The notes under the pieces: model-generated
The model's input: the letters and a program-made list of their open reading frames with translations, nothing else
Databases searched by the model: none
What the model was told of the DNA's origin: nothing
Translations under genes and position numbers: made by a program
Shown here: piece by piece, positions 44,317 to 54,107 of the stretch
Layout: every line of letters starts with the position of its first letter
Position numbering within the stretch: the first letter of the stretch is position 1
Sequence record: MZ443769.1
DNA: 64,000 bases
Reading direction: 5' to 3' (one strand)

Positions 44317-45552
44317 ATGTCAACTTCAAACAAAATGTTATTGAACGCCCGTGTACGTCGTCTTGATGGTACTGTTACTCACATCAACAAGATCAATACT
44401 AACGGTTATAGCACTGATGCCAAGGGGCCTCAGATACCTGTTAAGCGTCTCGTTCTTGCAGGCAAATCTTTGAAAGAGATTGAAGCGCCGTTCGCAAAAG
44501 ACGAGTGCATCATCTCACAAGGCGTTACAGTCAAACTGAACAAACGCCAGCAACGTGAACTCGCAGATAAAGCGCTTGATGAAAAAGCGTTGCGTCCTGA
44601 CTTCGGTAGCTTAGTGTTTATCGACCCTGACACAGGCAAAGCGACTGACGGCAAGAAAGTGAAAGTGAAAGCTGGTGCGAAAGAAAGCCTGAAAGAAACG
44701 CGCAAGCATAACAAAGAGCCGAAAGTTAAGAAAGCAGAGAAAGTTTCTGCCAAGAACGATCTGAAAGATTCGCTCGACCTGATTGACGAACGTAAGGCAC
44801 CTAAGTCTGCGCTCGTTGAAATGCTCACTGCTACACTCGAAGGCGATACGACGAAAGAACAGCGCAAGCAATTCGCTGATGCGTTTGGTATTGACTGGAA
44901 AGCTGCTAAGAAGCTCGGTGGCAAGGGTATCGTTAAGCAACTCGGACGTAAAGCTGCGCAAGCCGCTGCTGACAAGCTGAATGCTACTGTGACCTCTGAT
45001 GCGTTCATTAAGCAGATGCCTCCTGAGTTGAAGCGTCTGATGCGTGAAGGTTCGCTTACTCTGAACAAAACACAGATTGAGCGTGTACTGTCTGCGCTTG
45101 GTCTTGATACGAAGTTCTATGCTATCGCAATGCAGAACTTCCTGGGTAATCTGACACTGGCCATCAAGCCCGAAGAAGTGAAGACTACGCAGAAGAAAAA
45201 GAAAGCTGCACGTCCGCAATACGCGACTGATAAAGATGCGAAGCGCCGTGTAAAGAAGATGACAATAAAGCTGCTGGCGCCTGATGCGAAAGGTATGAAG
45301 ACTGCTAAGGCTCATTTGAAACAGGCAAAAGCAATCTTAGCCTCTAAGCTGGGTATCGCTACAAAAGATATTAAACGCGGTCTGATTGTGTATCACAAGA
45401 ACGGAGTTGATTACATGTTCGTTGCCTGTGATGTACGCGGTCCGATCTTCATCGACAAAGATGGTGACCCGGCAGTGTATACTTACGCGAACCTGCAAGA
45501 CACGTTCGACTTCACACTGACGCCAACCTCTGAGCTGGACGCCGCTGTATGA
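44317..45552 (+). CDS. lysine-rich multidomain protein (paralog of 42651)
   Basis: GAGGA RBS; N-terminal RLDGT domain and C-terminal beta domain resemble those of 42651. Confidence 0.9.
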   Translation: MSTSNKMLLNARVRRLDGTVTHINKINTNGYSTDAKGPQIPVKRLVLAGKSLKEIEAPFAKDECIISQGVTVKLNKRQQRELADKALDEKALRPDFGSLVFIDPDTGKATDGKKVKVKAGAKESLKETRKHNKEPKVKKAEKVSAKNDLKDSLDLIDERKAPKSALVEMLTATLEGDTTKEQRKQFADAFGIDWKAAKKLGGKGIVKQLGRKAAQAAADKLNATVTSDAFIKQMPPELKRLMREGSLTLNKTQIERVLSALGLDTKFYAIAMQNFLGNLTLAIKPEEVKTTQKKKKAARPQYATDKDAKRRVKKMTIKLLAPDAKGMKTAKAHLKQAKAILASKLGIATKDIKRGLIVYHKNGVDYMFVACDVRGPIFIDKDGDPAVYTYANLQDTFDFTLTPTSELDAAV

Positions 45553-45938
45553 AAACATCTGAAATAGTTTTGACAGGTGTATTTGCTCAACTGTATGCGC
45601 GGCTAGCAATGGCCGCCATCAATAAAGTTCACATCTACTACATGGACTTAGCACCTGTAGTGTTCGGTGTGCAATTCAGTAAGATGGATAACTCGCAAGT
45701 AGAAGCTGTCTGGCAAATGCTGCGTATGTCCATGCAAATGGATATGCAACACAATAGACCGCCGCTCGCTGCGCTGTTTGTCAGTCGCGCTTCTGAGTTA
45801 AAGAAACCTGGCCGCTCATTCTTCAATGAGTATGAGAAGATTACAGGAATTAAGCTCTCCTACGAAGACTGGCAGAAGCTCGTTGAAGAAGTATGGGCGC
45901 ATTATTCGATGCAAGATTTCGTTGGAGAGCAATCATGA
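45549..45938 (+). CDS. hypothetical protein
   Basis: ATGA overlap with upstream gene. Confidence 0.75.
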   Translation: MKTSEIVLTGVFAQLYARLAMAAINKVHIYYMDLAPVVFGVQFSKMDNSQVEAVWQMLRMSMQMDMQHNRPPLAALFVSRASELKKPGRSFFNEYEKITGIKLSYEDWQKLVEEVWAHYSMQDFVGEQS

Positions 45939-46414
45939 AAAAGTTAAAAATCAAATCGTCAATCAGTCGCGGTGGTTACAAGCCGAAGTCTGATGACGAA
46001 GCCCGCAAGCTGGTAGTTGAGTTTATTCTCGGTACTATCGGTACTGCACCAACTGTTCTGAGCCAGACGTTAGTTCTGAACGTTGCGAACTATAACTGGC
46101 TGACGTCAATACCTGATACTGCTAAGCCTACGCAATCGAATCAATCAGTGTTGCATAAAACTGTAAAAGAACTTAATGAGTTCTGTCGATTGAACAAATT
46201 TCCACTGGGCTTACTAATTATGCCCCACACATCATCGAGTGACTATAGCGGTGATGAAGTGATAGCAATCCCGTGGAAACATGTTGCGGCGAATTCACAA
46301 AGTCAGTCCGCTGTTAATTCGATTTTCGAAACAGTGATCGCTGATGGATATCCGCAGTTCGTAGCCGATGCAAAAACTTTGCACGTAGACGTAGAGGGTA
46401 GCGATGTTTTATGA
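45935..46414 (+). CDS. hypothetical protein
   Basis: GGAG RBS before ATG 45935. Confidence 0.8.
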   Translation: MKKLKIKSSISRGGYKPKSDDEARKLVVEFILGTIGTAPTVLSQTLVLNVANYNWLTSIPDTAKPTQSNQSVLHKTVKELNEFCRLNKFPLGLLIMPHTSSSDYSGDEVIAIPWKHVAANSQSQSAVNSIFETVIADGYPQFVADAKTLHVDVEGSDVL

Positions 46415-47684
46415 TCACGTATTCACGCATGACGAGCGGCAGGCGTTGCTGCTCCTTGCTGAATCATTCTTTCTGGTAAAAACTGAATGTCCCGACTATC
46501 TCAAAAAGTCTAAGCACTCGATTGAGATTCGACACACGATTAATCATCGTGGGAAAGAACGCCGGTCGGGTCACATTGTAACGTCATTCGTTCCGCGTAT
46601 TCACATGAGCGTTATTCAGCGTCTTGTTCGTGTGATTCGTGACGACTACGATATCCGCGCAGCACATCACCTGAGCAAGTTGTTTGAACTCGGACTCGGC
46701 GTGCCGAAGCAACGTGACATTGCACTTTACCTGAGTGACTACTCAAAAGAAGCTGACCCGAAAGGTGTGGGTATGAAGTATATCCGCAAGCTGATTAATG
46801 AGTATCACCGCAAGTATCGTCGCAGCATGGCAGGTAGTCGCTGGATTATGCCAGCCGCGTATACTGCGAACATGATGCACATGCAGTCTTTCATTCACTT
46901 GAAAGAGAACGGTTATGCGAAGCAACTCAAAGTGCCTGATGGAATACCTGTGGTTCTCGTGTACAACAACACGAACCATGAGCGTTCTGAGTTTACTTTG
47001 TGTGACGCATTCATGATAAGCCCGCTGGGTTTCCCTGTACCGTTCGCGCAGATTGCATTACGTCCTGAATTCAAAGCTGTGCCGAAAACGTTTTGCTCGA
47101 AAGCACTTCGCGGTCGTGGTATGTACAGCATGGTGATGGGTGTTGTTCATTGGTCTGATACTGATTCCGTGAAGCACTTCCGCGAACTGATGGAAATTGA
47201 TGCTGATAGCTATCTGTCATTGCTCGATAGTGAACAGTACATGGACCGCCGGTCTCCTGAGTATCAAGCGCTGTGTGACAAGCGCGCCGAGTATAACGAA
47301 CAACGTGTAGAGATGAATGAAGTCCTCGCTAAGTTCGGAACTACGAAGCGTATTCTTAAACCCGAGCAGCAGGCTAAGTTAGACCGCGCTCTCAAGTTCT
47401 TCGCAGACCGCAAAGACTTCCTCAAGGAGTTTGATCAGTTTGAGAAGAAAGAACAGCACAAGGCAGCGAAGCAATTCGCAGTAGCCAGTGCGCAGTTCGC
47501 AGCAATTGACTGTGGTACTATCATGGACCGCACAACGTATATGGCGGTCAGTACGACACTCGATAAAGTTCACCACATTCTTGGGAAGTGGGGATTTACT
47601 ACTGTCGATACTGTTAATGCTAGTTTGAAACACTCACTCATGACTTACGGCGAATCAAAAGCAACTCGTCGCTGGTCACTATAA
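46404..47684 (+). CDS. hypothetical protein (one Sel1-like repeat possible)
   Basis: 426 aa; AAHHLSKLFELGLGVPKQRDIALY resembles the Sel1 consensus A..LG.MY..G.GV..D...A. Confidence 0.8.
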   Translation: MFYDHVFTHDERQALLLLAESFFLVKTECPDYLKKSKHSIEIRHTINHRGKERRSGHIVTSFVPRIHMSVIQRLVRVIRDDYDIRAAHHLSKLFELGLGVPKQRDIALYLSDYSKEADPKGVGMKYIRKLINEYHRKYRRSMAGSRWIMPAAYTANMMHMQSFIHLKENGYAKQLKVPDGIPVVLVYNNTNHERSEFTLCDAFMISPLGFPVPFAQIALRPEFKAVPKTFCSKALRGRGMYSMVMGVVHWSDTDSVKHFRELMEIDADSYLSLLDSEQYMDRRSPEYQALCDKRAEYNEQRVEMNEVLAKFGTTKRILKPEQQAKLDRALKFFADRKDFLKEFDQFEKKEQHKAAKQFAVASAQFAAIDCGTIMDRTTYMAVSTTLDKVHHILGKWGFTTVDTVNASLKHSLMTYGESKATRRWSL

Positions 47685-47706
47685 CCTTTATCTGAGGAGA
47701 TATGTA

Positions 47707-50700
47707 ATGTCTGATAACAACGAAAACTTGGGCGCATCAAGCCGCTTCGGCACGGAGTTACAACAACAAGTGACGAACGAACAACGTCGCGCTAACTCTG
47801 CTGAAAGTGGTACCGTACATCGCAGCACTATCGTGGTGCTGACTACCCTGAACTCGAACGAAAAATATTCGTACATGTCTGCCGACGAGCAACTGCACGA
47901 AAAGCCTATCATCGGTAAAATCATCGACCGTCTGCCTGCGCTGATCGAACGTGCATCAGGTCCGTCTGCTGATAAGAACAGCGCGTACTATCTGCTGCAT
48001 CCGAACAACGGTGTACCGACCAGCATTGATGAACGTGTTAAGTTCGGTGACTCGTTTGCTGCTATCGTTTCATATACTGTAAATAAAGCAGTATCAGAGA
48101 TGCACGGTACGCTGTCGCTTGCGCTGTTTGCTGCTGTGGATTCTTCTGACTTGTCAGACTTAGCTGCTGAGTTCGGTATCCACGCAATCGCAATCGTGCC
48201 TGCTGATAATAGCGGTGTGTTCATCAAAGCACTGACTGAACAACTCGAAGCGCTGCAATCTGTAAACGTACTGAGCATTGACGACACTGATGGTACTCTG
48301 GACCGCGAAGTGATCGACTACGCTGCTCTGCCCGGCAATCCAGTAACTGTGGTATCTGGTGCTGTGCGTACTTTCATTACGCAATCTATCGGTGGCGAAG
48401 TCATCGCTGCAATCCCAAATAACGGAGAGTTCAACGTGAAACAAAACACAATCAATCCTGCGCCAGTCGATCTTGAAGAAGACTTCGATAATGAAGACGA
48501 AGTTGAAGATCAGCAGGAAGACGGTGAAGAAAGTCCTGCGTCTGGTGCCGAGCTGTTCGGCTTCAAGTCAGAAACCCTGACCACTGAACAGATGACCGAA
48601 GCTCTGGAAGCTGTCGGTTATGATTGTTCCGAGTTCGCAGAAGATGAACTGCGTGTATCGTTCGAAACCGAACAGGCGTTGTACCTGTCTAAAGAAGACG
48701 ACGCTGCGGAAGAAGAGTCTGATGAAGAAGAATCAGACGACGAAGAAGAAGAAGAAGCGGAAGAAGAAGCGGAAGAAGAATTCGATCCGTGCGCTTCTCT
48801 CGCTCAACTGCTGGCCGAAGAATCTTTCGACCGCCGCGCTCTGAAAGTCCTGGTACTGTCACAAGAACTGAAAGTGTTCAAGTCTGACACCGAAGAAACT
48901 CTGGTAGCGAAGCTGCTGGAAAACGTTGAAGACGCAACGCAGCAAGAGCTGTTTGAGCTGGTATCAACGTTCGTTGAACTGCTGGGTGAACGTGAAATCG
49001 AATGCCCTGCGCTGACTGCTGCGATCTCGTCTGACGACGAAGACACATCAGGTGATGACTCTGACGACGAAGAAGAGTCGGAAGAAGACGAAGACGAAGA
49101 CGAAGAATCAGAAGATGATTCCGAAGAAGCGCCTGTCTCTGACCTGACCTCTGTAACTGATCCGCTCGACTACTTCCAGTTTGCTGGTGGTGAACTCGAA
49201 CATCATCACCGTCTGGCCGCTGTTGAAGCGATGGGCGAAAACGTTGAAGGCCTGAACATCATTCAGGTAATGAAAGCGTTCAACCGCATTCAGCAACAAA
49301 CCAACGCAATCGAAATCACCGGCCTGTCCGTCAACGCTGATGTAGACGATGCAGAAGACGCGGGTCTGGAAGATCAGATTCGTGCGATTCTCGAAGCGAA
49401 CGAAAGCGGTGACGACGACGACACTGCAATCGAAGATCTGTGGACGCTGCTTGACTGCGCATCTGATGATCAAGACGCTACCATGATTGACGATATCGTT
49501 GCGTCTGGTACCGAAGAGCGTCACGCTACAGCTCTGCAATCTGCCGCTGAAACCTACGGCGTGGACATTTCAGAAATGTCTTACGAAGAAGGTCTGCTCG
49601 CATTCCTGGCCGAGTTCTTCGCTGAAGGTGATGCAGAAGAAGAATCCGAAGAAGAGTCGGATGAAGAAGAAGCGGAAGAAGCTGATGACCGTGAAGGTTA
49701 CGAAGCCGATACTGCTGAAAACGCATCGAGCCTGCTGTTCCTGAAAGATATCGACAAGTCAAACCCAATCGGTCCGATGCTGTCTGTTGATATGGCGCAA
49801 GCGCTGATCATCAACTTCACGCTGACTGATGGCCGCACGTACACTGATATCGAAGCTGAACTGAACGACGTTAACGATGTTAACTACCGCATTCCGTTCA
49901 ACGTAGGCGCTGCTGATAAAGCTGCCGGTTCTATGCACGTACCTGCCGGTATCATCGTTGATGTTATTCAACGCGCTGGCACCAGCCGCTTCTTAGCTGA
50001 TCCGAAAACGTTCGACGTTGGTTCATGGGCTGAAAGTCTGGAACAAACTCTCGACGCTGAGATTCAGAACTCTATCTACGAAGGCCGCATCCCTGATGGC
50101 GCTGACCCGCAGGAAGCTGGTGTTGTAGTCGGTGACTTCATCGACGAAGACGAGCTGGAAGAAGCTGCCGAGCTGGGTATTGACCCAAGTCAGTTTGACG
50201 AAATGGGTACTGGTGATCATCTGCCGATTGCGAGCCTGTACAACGCACACACTCGCGTTCGTCCGGTTAACGATGGTGATAACTACATCGTCGCTCACAC
50301 CACTGTGTTGAACGTTGCACTGCCTGGCTTCTGGGGCGCTGAGTCTGCTGAGATTGTTGGCCGCATGATTCAAGCTGCTGTCAATCGCGTTATCAGTAGC
50401 ATCGCAGATCGCACCGACGTTAAAGTCTACGCTGCGTTCACTCTGGAAGCTGCTGCTCTGCTGAACAATAGCAACCTGTTCGCTGCTATGTCTGTGCTGC
50501 GTGACATGGAACGTGTACAAGCGTACTCTGCTGCTGACGCCGCTGCGTTCACTGAAACGGATGACGTGATCGAAACTGCATCTGCTCTGGATGATCGTGA
50601 CCTGCCGTTCACTGTCCTGACTTCTGGCATTGCACAAGCAACGTTCGAAAACGGCGGTGACCTGACTGTTCTGGTACCATGCTTCGAAGAAGAAGCTGAG

Positions 50701-50739
50701 TACGAAGACGAAGCCGAAGACGACGGCGACGACGAATAA
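47707..50739 (+). CDS. very large acidic protein (1010 aa)
   Basis: GAGGAG RBS; apparently folded segments separated by D/E tracts; basic residues scarce in the C-terminal two-thirds. Confidence 0.92.
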   Translation: MSDNNENLGASSRFGTELQQQVTNEQRRANSAESGTVHRSTIVVLTTLNSNEKYSYMSADEQLHEKPIIGKIIDRLPALIERASGPSADKNSAYYLLHPNNGVPTSIDERVKFGDSFAAIVSYTVNKAVSEMHGTLSLALFAAVDSSDLSDLAAEFGIHAIAIVPADNSGVFIKALTEQLEALQSVNVLSIDDTDGTLDREVIDYAALPGNPVTVVSGAVRTFITQSIGGEVIAAIPNNGEFNVKQNTINPAPVDLEEDFDNEDEVEDQQEDGEESPASGAELFGFKSETLTTEQMTEALEAVGYDCSEFAEDELRVSFETEQALYLSKEDDAAEEESDEEESDDEEEEEAEEEAEEEFDPCASLAQLLAEESFDRRALKVLVLSQELKVFKSDTEETLVAKLLENVEDATQQELFELVSTFVELLGEREIECPALTAAISSDDEDTSGDDSDDEEESEEDEDEDEESEDDSEEAPVSDLTSVTDPLDYFQFAGGELEHHHRLAAVEAMGENVEGLNIIQVMKAFNRIQQQTNAIEITGLSVNADVDDAEDAGLEDQIRAILEANESGDDDDTAIEDLWTLLDCASDDQDATMIDDIVASGTEERHATALQSAAETYGVDISEMSYEEGLLAFLAEFFAEGDAEEESEEESDEEEAEEADDREGYEADTAENASSLLFLKDIDKSNPIGPMLSVDMAQALIINFTLTDGRTYTDIEAELNDVNDVNYRIPFNVGAADKAAGSMHVPAGIIVDVIQRAGTSRFLADPKTFDVGSWAESLEQTLDAEIQNSIYEGRIPDGADPQEAGVVVGDFIDEDELEEAAELGIDPSQFDEMGTGDHLPIASLYNAHTRVRPVNDGDNYIVAHTTVLNVALPGFWGAESAEIVGRMIQAAVNRVISSIADRTDVKVYAAFTLEAAALLNNSNLFAAMSVLRDMERVQAYSAADAAAFTETDDVIETASALDDRDLPFTVLTSGIAQATFENGGDLTVLVPCFEEEAEYEDEAEDDGDDE

Positions 50740-50751
50740 GCACAAGCCTGC

Positions 50752-50779
50752 AAGCGGCTCTTCGGGGCCGCTTCTCTTT
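50752..50779 (+). terminator. Rho-independent terminator
   Basis: AAGCGGCTC-TTCG-GGGCCGCTT then CTCTTT. Confidence 0.75.
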
Positions 50780-50794
50780 GAAGGAAATGTGTAA

Positions 50795-51643
50795 ATGTCA
50801 GAAGCAAAGCAAGACAGTATTGACCACGGCGCAAAGCTTGCTGAATTGATTGGTAAGCAAAGCGCAGACTACGACAAGCTGCATTACAGCTACGTTGAAG
50901 TGCGTGGTAAGAACATGGACTTGGAAGAAGAACTCGCCGAGTCCACCAGACGTGAAACGAAGCTGCGCCTCGAAGCGCGTAACACGCAGCGTCTTAACCG
51001 CGACCATGCGATTCGCCTCGAACGTATCATCGAGCAAGAACGTGGTGATAAGGTTGATGCGCAAAACGAAAATGCTCGTCTGCTTGTTCAGATCGATAAG
51101 CTGAACGAAACTGTAAAACAGAAGCATGTAGAGCAAGCGTCTGTTGTTCTGCAAATGATAATGTCAGAATCTGTCAGGCAGTTCGGTAATGTTGTTCAAG
51201 CTGTATCTCACATGTTCGTCAATCGTCGTAAGTCAAAAGCCGACGCAGCCATGCAATCCGCATTGCTGATGGACTATGTGACTAAACAGCCTTCACTGTA
51301 CCGCACTGTTGCGCAGTATTACAACTCAATCAATCTGCCTGTACCAACCGCAGCCGCGTTGAAGTTGCAAATGATTGAGCACGTTAAACTGAACGCGCAT
51401 CTGTATCTCAAAGACCCTGATATTCAAGCCTATCGTGAAGCATTGATTATCATGGTTACGCAACCGACTTCGCAAATTAATCGCAGCCGCATGATGACCA
51501 GTGTGCGTGATGGTTTCGACTACATCAATGTTTTCGATGCTGGGTTCGACGTAGCTATTCTGTCGGACAATACTTCGTGGGCAGCAACACTGTCTGACTC
51601 GCTGTTAGATATTTCGGGTCATCTTATCAGCGCGAATTTTTAA
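50795..51643 (+). CDS. coiled-coil-containing hypothetical protein
   Basis: AAGGA RBS; N-terminal heptad-like stretch. Confidence 0.85.
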   Translation: MSEAKQDSIDHGAKLAELIGKQSADYDKLHYSYVEVRGKNMDLEEELAESTRRETKLRLEARNTQRLNRDHAIRLERIIEQERGDKVDAQNENARLLVQIDKLNETVKQKHVEQASVVLQMIMSESVRQFGNVVQAVSHMFVNRRKSKADAAMQSALLMDYVTKQPSLYRTVAQYYNSINLPVPTAAALKLQMIEHVKLNAHLYLKDPDIQAYREALIIMVTQPTSQINRSRMMTSVRDGFDYINVFDAGFDVAILSDNTSWAATLSDSLLDISGHLISANF

Positions 51644-51688
51644 TCTGTAAAAAATATTCGTAAAGTAATCTGTAAACACTAATTGAAG
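51644..51688 (+). promoter_or_regulatory. tandem TCTGTAAA class II motifs
   Basis: TCTGTAAA at 51644 and AATCTGTAAACACTAATTGAAG at 51667. Confidence 0.55.
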
Positions 51689-51738
51689 TTCACACTGAGC
51701 AACTCGCTCAACCGCATAAATCTGGAGCATTAAAGAAA

Positions 51739-52299
51739 ATGGCAAAAGCTACTAAAGGTACTAATCTGGTTCCGACCATTGTTTCCCGTATCGCAAAGAA
51801 AGCTGGTTCTATCGGAACTACCAAAGTTAAGCCAACTGATCTGCCGCACGACATTCTGATTGAAAGCGTTCACGCTTCTGAAATCGTCGGTTTCATCACA
51901 GACCGTTCTGCTACCAGCGTAACGATTCGTCACAAACGTGGCCACGGTTCTTCTGCTCAAATCGTTTCTACTTTCGGTCCTGGTCAACTGCTGACTGTTC
52001 TGGGTGAAGCCGGTTCTCACGGTCAAGTCCGTGCAATCGTGACTGCACCAGTGTGTGAGCTGAAAGGTTACACTGTTAAATTCGACGGCGCAATCATCAT
52101 CGCCACCTCAATCGAAACGGGCGAAGTGATCAACGTTAACACCAACCTGCCGGGCTACACTGTTCGCGCTACTGTTAACGAAAACGCTGCTGCTAAAAAG
52201 TACGGCACTGCTGCGCCAGTTAAAAACAAAAAAGTTGAAAAGTCTGACAAAGCCGGTAAATCTGCGAAAGCGATTAAAGGCGGCAAAGTAAAAAAGTAA
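51739..52299 (+). CDS. hypothetical beta-rich protein with Lys-rich C-tail
   Basis: GGAG RBS; strong high-expression codon bias. Confidence 0.9.
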   Translation: MAKATKGTNLVPTIVSRIAKKAGSIGTTKVKPTDLPHDILIESVHASEIVGFITDRSATSVTIRHKRGHGSSAQIVSTFGPGQLLTVLGEAGSHGQVRAIVTAPVCELKGYTVKFDGAIIIATSIETGEVINVNTNLPGYTVRATVNENAAAKKYGTAAPVKNKKVEKSDKAGKSAKAIKGGKVKK

Positions 52300-52336
52300 C
52301 GGCGTCTGACGAAGACTTTTAATAGTCTCTGACGAA

Positions 52337-52415
52337 TCTGTAAAGAATGATTATGCAGCAACATAAAAAATGTGTTGCTGCCGAATACAAACGAATCTGT
52401 AAATCTTAATTGAAG
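52337..52415 (+). promoter_or_regulatory. tandem TCTGTAAA class II motifs
   Basis: TCTGTAAA at 52337 and AATCTGTAAATCTTAATTGAAG at 52394. Confidence 0.55.
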
Positions 52416-52451
52416 CAATAACGCTTCTCGAACTCAAAGGAAATTCGTATC

Positions 52452-53228
52452 ATGGCTAAAGCTAAATCCGCAAACGCAGCAACTCTGGTTCTGGCATCTA
52501 TCTTCGGTGTTGTTGTTGAGAACGCCTCGAACGAAGAGATTCAAAAGCTGCTGGCAGACGCGGGTCTGACTGTATCCGGTGGTAAAGTTGTTAAAGGCAA
52601 AGCTGCTAAAGCTGAAAAGCCTGCTGCTAAAGGTAAAGGCAAGAAAGCTAAAGCGCCGACCGTTGCTGAAATCGTTGCAGCGGTGAAGGAAGAAGAAGAA
52701 CTGGACATCTCTGCTGTGAGCGAAGATGATCTGCGCGCCGCAGTTGTGAAAGCTAAACTGGCCGCTGCCAAGAAAGCAAAAGCGCTGGACGAAGACGATC
52801 TGCGCGAACTGCTGAACGAAGCAATGGGCGTCGAGTCAGAGGATGACGAAGACGAAGAAGAAGAGGACGACGAAGAAGAAGAGGACGAAGACTCTGACGA
52901 CGAAGACGAAGACGACTCTGATGAAGAGGACGACGAAGACGACGAAGAAGAGGATGAAGACGACGAGGAAGAAGAAGAGGACGAAGATGACGAAGACGAA
53001 GACGAGGACGAAGATGAACTCGACCTTGATTCGCTCGACGAAGACGAACTCCTGGCCCTCGTGATCGAACACAAGCTGGCGCCTAAGGCGAAAGCTAAGA
53101 AAATGGACGAAGACGAACTGCGCGAATTGTGCGAAGGTCACTTCGGCGGTGATGACGAAGAAGAAGAGGACGAAGACGACGAAGACGAAGACTTCGACGA
53201 TGAAGACGAAGACGAAGACGACGAATAA
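52452..53228 (+). CDS. extremely acidic protein with two helix-extended-helix-like motifs
   Basis: AAGGA RBS; ~60-residue D/E tract flanked by (L/M)DEDELR.L motifs. Confidence 0.9.
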   Translation: MAKAKSANAATLVLASIFGVVVENASNEEIQKLLADAGLTVSGGKVVKGKAAKAEKPAAKGKGKKAKAPTVAEIVAAVKEEEELDISAVSEDDLRAAVVKAKLAAAKKAKALDEDDLRELLNEAMGVESEDDEDEEEEDDEEEEDEDSDDEDEDDSDEEDDEDDEEEDEDDEEEEEDEDDEDEDEDEDELDLDSLDEDELLALVIEHKLAPKAKAKKMDEDELRELCEGHFGGDDEEEEDEDDEDEDFDDEDEDEDDE

Positions 53229-53443
53229 GTCCTGACTCCCGGTCGCTGCCCTTCAAAGTAGAGATGCTTGCGAAGGGCTAATATTCGAGAAGAAGTTTCG
53301 AATATTTTTAGTAAAATGTTTTAAGTTTCCTGTACATCGTATGCTGATTATAGTAATGTACGAGTACAGGGAATTACCTGAATTGAATTTTGTATTTCAT
53401 CCCGCGACAATACTCGCACAAAACAAATTGAACGGAGTTTATC

Positions 53444-54007
53444 ATGAGCAACAAAAAAATCATCAGCGGTCTGAACAAAAACCTGAAAGCCATCGCCAAA
53501 TCTGAGCAGGCGCTGTCTAAGACCGTCGCGTCTACTTCTAAAGAAATCGAAAACCTGGGCGCACAACGTGCTGGTATCGAAGCGCAGATCGCAGAACTGA
53601 GCGGCGTTGCTGCTACACCGGTTAAAGCGGGCAAAGCTGCTAAAGCCGCCAAAGCTGAGAAAGCCGCTAAGCCTGCTAAAGCTGACAAGAAAGCCGCGAA
53701 AGCTGAAAAGGCCGCTAAGCCTGCTAAAGCAGATAAGAAAGCTGCTAAAGCTGAGAAAGCCGCCAAGCCTGCTAAAGCTGACAAGAAAGCCGCCAAAGCT
53801 GAAAAGCCAGCTAAAGCAACCAAAGCAGATAAGAAAGCTGCTAAAGCTGAAAAACCTGCCAAGGCCGGTAAAGCTGCTAAAGCAGAAAAGCCGGGCAAAG
53901 CTGATAAAAAAGCTGGCAAGAAAGTGAAAGCTGAAAAGCCTGCTAAAGCCGGTAAGAAAAGCAAGAAAGCTTCCGAGTCCGAAGACTTCGACTTCGACAT
54001 GGAATAA
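53444..54007 (+). CDS. histone H1-like (Hc1/AlgP-type) basic protein
   Basis: GGAG RBS; N-terminal coiled coil, AKAEKAAKPAKADKKA repeats, acidic C-tip SEDFDFDME. Confidence 0.85.
   Translation: MSNKKIISGLNKNLKAIAKSEQALSKTVASTSKEIENLGAQRAGIEAQIAELSGVAATPVKAGKAAKAAKAEKAAKPAKADKKAAKAEKAAKPAKADKKAAKAEKAAKPAKADKKAAKAEKPAKATKADKKAAKAEKPAKAGKAAKAEKPGKADKKAGKKVKAEKPAKAGKKSKKASESEDFDFDME
53635..53950 (+). repeat. degenerate ~48-bp coding repeats (AKAEK(A/P)AKPAKADKKA)
   Basis: About 5-6 imperfect units read from the translation. Confidence 0.8.
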
Positions 54008-54038
54008 AAAGTAATCGCTGAGGCGGTTGCTTAAATTT

Positions 54039-54071
54039 AAGAGGGCAGCGCTGACGGGCGTTTGCCCTCTT
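54039..54071. terminator. stem-loop after H1-like gene
   Basis: AAGAGGGCAGCGC-TGACGG-GCGTTTGCCCTCTT. Confidence 0.6.
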
Positions 54072-54107
54072 GTCGTATCTAGCACAATTTTTTTGAAGGA
54101 AGTTCAA

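Noticed and set aside
52541-54085. Minus-strand ORFs 52541-53074, 53348-54085, 53374-54000
   Set aside because: Reverse complements of the D/E tract and AKAEK repeats; not independent genes.
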